A stretch of DNA of 47,737 bases from Vampirovibrionales bacterium (GTDB taxonomy: Bacteria > Cyanobacteriota > Vampirovibrionia > Vampirovibrionales > JAJTHC01), in the NCBI GenBank assembly GCA_044371965.1, contig JBILSS010000002.1, positions 1-47,737 of the forward strand. The letters run 5' to 3'. The notes beneath the pieces are model-generated. The model ran no database searches. It saw only the letters and a program-made list of their open reading frames with translations, and was not told the origin of the DNA. The translations under genes and the position numbers were made by a program. Below, in pieces: positions 44,450 to 47,737 of this stretch. Position 1 is the stretch's first letter. Every line of letters begins with the position of its first letter.

Positions 44450-46432
44450 ATGCACACCCTCATTCAACTTTGCCAAACGTGGTCGCACTATGCCCACGTT
44501 CGAAACTGGCAAGCACTCGATACCCTCAATCAAGACACGCTCAACACCATTAAGCAGGCGTGGCAAGGCAAGGGCTTACTCGCTAGCTTGCAGTGGAACC
44601 CCATTGCAGGCGATGTGGCTGGCAACGAAACCCTCGTGCGACTGGCCATGCAATTCGCCGATGCTGTCGGTGTGGACATCCTTGTCCTGCCTGAACAAAC
44701 GCTTTTGGGCTATCCCCTACGAGATATGCTCCTACGCTTTCCTAAGCTGGTGAAAGACAATGAAGCCGCCCTCGCTCGATTGGCGTTGCAGTCCGCTCAT
44801 ACACGGGTCTTTGTGGGATTCGCCGAACGACGCTACGATCTCGCCGAAGGCTGGGGGCAAGCGTGGGGCAAGCCCTATTATAACAGTGTCGCTATTTTGG
44901 GCGACGGCGTGATTCAAGGTATCGTCAGAAAAAGCCTTTTGCCGAATTATCACGAATTTGAAGATTCTCGTGTCTTTGAAGCCAGCGAAACGATGGGTGT
45001 GCAACGTCGAGAGGGTCGAGACCCCCTCGATGCCTACGGCAACATCAGCATCCACGGATGCAAAATCGCCGTCACCGTCTGTGAAGATCTTTGGGCGAAG
45101 GAACCAAATCAACACCCATGGTACCAGCAAAACGTGGTGGATGCGTTGATGAAGGGGGTGCCTGATTTGCTGGTGAACTTGTCATCGTCACCGTCTCGTG
45201 CGGGTAAGGAATACCGCAGACAAGCTCTTTTAAGCGAAGTCGCCACGCATAACCATGTGCCGATTCTCTACGTCAACCAAGTCGGGGCGGTGGATGAACT
45301 CATCTTCGACGGAGGCTCACGACTCGTTGGGGCGGATGGGTCTGTTTTAAGCAGGTCTCGGCTTTTTGAAACGCAGTTTAGCCTGCATCATGTGAGTGAC
45401 ACGGCGTTTCATCAGCTTGAAAATTGGGTGGCGGATGTCAAAAAATCGCAGCGTAGTTCCCCCGATGATGCCTTTGAACCTTATGATACCAGCGATTTGC
45501 CAAGAACTTATGCGGCGTTGGTCTGTGGGGTTCGGGATTATTTCGCCAAATGTGGCTTCAAACGAGCCGTCTTGGGGCTTTCAGGCGGACTTGATTCCGC
45601 CGTTAATGCCGTGTTAGTGGCGGAGGCTTTAGGGTCTGAAAACGTTCTGGCGTTTAGCTTTCCGTCTGAACTTACGCCACAAGATAATAAAAGTGATGCC
45701 TTTCAACTGGCGAAAAATCTCGGTATGGGCTGGGTAGAAATCCCCATTACGGCGATGCAATCGGCGTTTTTAGGGGGAATTCACCAAGAACGTCACGCCT
45801 TAGAGTCCTTGTGGGGCAAGGCTTCGAGCGAAAGTTTCGCTCAAGACAACGTGCAAGCCATGAGCCGTGCGACGTTACTACGTTTAATCGGCAATGATTA
45901 CCATGCCTTGCCGATCGCCACCAGCGACAAAAGCGAGTTTTACATGGGTTACGCCACCGTGAATGGGGATATGTCAGGAGCGTTGGCGCCGTTGGGGGAT
46001 GTATGCAAAACGAAGGTGCGTGCCTTGGCTCGCTGGATGAACGAGCATCATGCGGTGCCAAACGTCATTCCGCAAGCGGTGGTGGAACGTCCTTCGGGGG
46101 CGGATTTGGCGGTGAATCCAGAGACGGGCAAACTGCTTACGGCGGAAGAGGCTTTGATGCCGTATGAGGTCATTGACGAGCTAATTTGGCGGATAGAAGC
46201 CCATGGCATGGATGCGTCTCAACTTCAAGCAATCCCGTGGAGCTGGGAACTGAAAAATGGCGTGCTTTCTAGCGAGCAGAAATCGGCGTGGGTGGCGAAG
46301 TTTTTCAAGCGAATGCAGGCGAGCGTGTTTAAGTGGTGGGTGGCTCCACCGATTTTAATTGTGGACGGCGACGGCACGCTAGCAAAGTCAGCGTATCACC
46401 ATGTGATTACAGCGAATCAGACGGTTTATTGA
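44450..46432 (+). CDS. nadE: Glutamine-dependent NAD+ synthetase (CN-hydrolase + NAD synthetase domains)
   Basis: N-terminal nitrilase-like domain (the Cys of CEDLW), PP-loop GLSGGLDSA, and 660 aa in length. Confidence 0.93.
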   Translation: MHTLIQLCQTWSHYAHVRNWQALDTLNQDTLNTIKQAWQGKGLLASLQWNPIAGDVAGNETLVRLAMQFADAVGVDILVLPEQTLLGYPLRDMLLRFPKLVKDNEAALARLALQSAHTRVFVGFAERRYDLAEGWGQAWGKPYYNSVAILGDGVIQGIVRKSLLPNYHEFEDSRVFEASETMGVQRREGRDPLDAYGNISIHGCKIAVTVCEDLWAKEPNQHPWYQQNVVDALMKGVPDLLVNLSSSPSRAGKEYRRQALLSEVATHNHVPILYVNQVGAVDELIFDGGSRLVGADGSVLSRSRLFETQFSLHHVSDTAFHQLENWVADVKKSQRSSPDDAFEPYDTSDLPRTYAALVCGVRDYFAKCGFKRAVLGLSGGLDSAVNAVLVAEALGSENVLAFSFPSELTPQDNKSDAFQLAKNLGMGWVEIPITAMQSAFLGGIHQERHALESLWGKASSESFAQDNVQAMSRATLLRLIGNDYHALPIATSDKSEFYMGYATVNGDMSGALAPLGDVCKTKVRALARWMNEHHAVPNVIPQAVVERPSGADLAVNPETGKLLTAEEALMPYEVIDELIWRIEAHGMDASQLQAIPWSWELKNGVLSSEQKSAWVAKFFKRMQASVFKWWVAPPILIVDGDGTLAKSAYHHVITANQTVY

Positions 46433-46433
46433 T

Positions 46434-46935
46434 ATATAGCCAAGTTTAGAGTTTTCTGTACAGTGTCTCTTCGTTGTCGCTACGATTCTCGATGCCCCTG
46501 TCAGCAAGAAAAACGAAGCCCTCACGCGTGACCCTGAAATGAGTTCGACGAAAAAGAACAACAAGTGGCATTTTGGGGCAAAAGGTCATATTGGGGTTCA
46601 AGCCAACGGCAAGCCGATCATTCATTCGCTGGCATTTACCACGGCTAAAGAAGCGGATATTAACGGGCTGGACAGCCTATTGCACGGGGAAGAACAGGCG
46701 AAATTGCGTTACAAGGGTTTGGAGAAAAATGCGAGTCGTTTTAAGAGCTTGTGTGCGTTGTGCAACATTTATATGTGCCGAAAGTTATTGATTGCTTAGG
46801 GTTTAAGGGGGTCTTGTCTCTAAAATGGGGACAAGCAGGGGTAAATGAAGGCGTTTTGAGGGGGTAAGCTCTATTTTTCTTTCTATTTAGGCTTTCTTGT
46901 TAAAAAATAGGAGACATTTAACCAATTAGCTATAT
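46434..46935 (+). mobile_element. Degraded IS5-family insertion sequence (about 0.5 kb remnant)
   Basis: The left end atatagccaag... and the right end ...ttagctatat form a short imperfect inverted repeat (9/10). The interior encodes transposase fragments. No clear target-site duplication is visible. Confidence 0.65.
46470..46799 (+). pseudogene. IS5-family (InsH-like) DDE transposase, N-terminally truncated and internally deleted
   Basis: In frame, the sequence FVVATILDAPVSKKNEALTRDPEMSSTKKNNKWHFGAKGHIGV...SLLHGEEQ aligns without gaps to E. coli IS5 InsH ([43 protein letters not shown]...NLLHGEEQ). It then jumps directly to AKLRYKGLEKN (InsH: KARYKGLLKN). About 95 aa are lost, including two of the three catalytic DDE residues. 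Confidence 0.8.
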
Positions 46936-46993
46936 CTTAAGTTGACTTTATGAAAATACAGATGTTTAACGAGGATGCAATCCTTTATTTGTC

Positions 46994-47737
46994 CTAAGTT
47001 GTTTTAGGCGTTTCCCCGTCTTCAGTGTTGGCTTCCTCTTCTTCTTTTTGAGCTTTGAGTTCTTCCACCGCTTGATCAAAAGTATTTTCGTTCGGTTCCA
47101 TGAGATAAAACTTCAAGCGAGTCACCAGTAACAACGGACGGTTCACATGACGAGCAGGATCTGACTTCTTGCTAGAATCTTGATTACTAAAATTCGTCAT
47201 TAACCGTTCGCCTAAGCCTTCATAACTTAAGTACATGGTTTCCACCTGCACCAATTCTTTTTTAAAGTTGGCAAGGGTTTCAATAAACTTTTTGACTTGT
47301 GCAAAGTTGCCTCGTATTTTGAGTTCCATTTTAGTGGAATACAAGGGTAAGTCTTGCTCTTTAACGGTTTTAAAGCGTTGTAATGCTTCAGGAATTTCGT
47401 TTGCTTTTTCGCCTTCTTCTTTCATGTTTTGAGTCTTGCTAGCACTGTCTCCCTCTTCGCCTCCGTAAGGCTGGATGGTGATCAATTGATTGCCTGTTTG
47501 CGTGGTGATATTTGAAAGCACTCGCATGAAGCCTTTCATCCGTGATTCTAAATCTTTATTTTCAAACGCAAAGGAAAGGGCTGCTTTATTTTCGTTGTAT
47601 TGGCTTTTGTCTCGACCGACATCTTGATTAAGTCCCATTTGCTCGGCTTCAAGTGTTTTCACGGCACTCGTCGCTTCTGCCAAGCCAGAAGACGTTTCTT
47701 CCAACGTTTTTAATTGAGGCTTTACAAGTATTGAATA
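46994..47737 (-). CDS. Hypothetical coiled-coil protein, possibly PilO-like; 5' end lies beyond the window
   Basis: The frame stays open to the window edge (the track start at 47704 is an internal TTG). The layout is a coiled-coil followed by MELKIRGNFAQVKKFIETLANFKKELVQVETMYL, which loosely resembles a PilO ferredoxin-like domain. Confidence 0.55.
   Translation of the reverse strand, partial: YSILVKPQLKTLEETSSGLAEATSAVKTLEAEQMGLNQDVGRDKSQYNENKAALSFAFENKDLESRMKGFMRVLSNITTQTGNQLITIQPYGGEEGDSASKTQNMKEEGEKANEIPEALQRFKTVKEQDLPLYSTKMELKIRGNFAQVKKFIETLANFKKELVQVETMYLSYEGLGERLMTNFSNQDSSKKSDPARHVNRPLLLVTRLKFYLMEPNENTFDQAVEELKAQKEEEEANTEDGETPKTT

Noticed and set aside
44260-44553. 97-aa ORF spanning MITE copy E and the nadE start.
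   Set aside because: It starts inside the MITE, overlaps nadE out of frame and has no motif.
14372-46494. Considered whether the dispersed repeat copies could be a degenerate CRISPR array, REP/BIME elements or riboswitch-like leaders.
   Set aside because: Copies are kilobases apart and 120-200 nt long. They have mosaic module structure, one copy has 27-nt terminal inverted repeats, and one module matches IS5 transposase coding sequence. A MITE or IS-derived origin fits better.
46908-46935. Possible similarity of gagacatttaaccaattagctatat to the MITE L-module (ccatttaaacgattaaatagcg).
   Set aside because: The match is only patchy and in the direct rather than inverted orientation. I treat only the terminal ttagctatat as a possible IS end.
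1-47737. Scanned intergenic regions for tRNA, rRNA, tmRNA or obvious riboswitch-like conserved cores.
   Set aside because: I found no cloverleaf-compatible sequence (for example GGTTCGAATCC-like T-arms) or rRNA-like stretch. A covariance-model search would be needed to exclude small ncRNAs.

Overview
This is a 47.7-kb chromosomal segment from a diderm-type bacterium, judged from kdsA, fliD, a MlaF-like ABC ATPase and a possible PilO. Taxonomy cannot be fixed from sequence alone. Most of the window is tightly packed housekeeping: fusA (5' partial), comF-like, hom, thrC, mtnB-like, ogt, gyrA, pirin, lepA, gatD, kdsA, rpe, nadE and several transporters. Three things go beyond that.

(1) Between about 4.4 and 13.1 kb, four compact two-gene modules are interleaved one at a time between housekeeping genes. 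Three of them look clearly AT-richer than their neighbours. They are a C5-MTase plus a PD-ExK nuclease wedged between hom and thrC, an AbiL-like ABC-ATPase plus RloB/Toprim pair, a HEPN/MNT toxin-antitoxin pair, and an unrecognisable 248-aa protein translationally coupled to a PIN nuclease. The last pair is the best candidate here for an undescribed system.

(2) A mosaic MITE-like repeat family occurs at six loci. One copy is a complete 150-bp element with 27-nt terminal inverted repeats. At four loci the same element terminus supplies the last codons and the TAA stop of the upstream gene. The repeat core is identical over 27 nt to an in-frame piece of a degraded IS5-family transposase gene at 46.4-46.9 kb.

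(3) There are several degenerate or odd proteins. A thiolase-like protein keeps only the nucleophilic Cys. A 1354-aa protein with a degenerate cyclase-like domain and a degenerate P-loop sits just downstream of a solitary gatD. A DUF4214 protein carries 24/27-nt tandem repeats.

By eye, CCGG is almost absent from the window. I saw no rRNA, tRNA or CRISPR array. All coordinates of non-ORF features were hand-counted and may be off by 1-2 nt.
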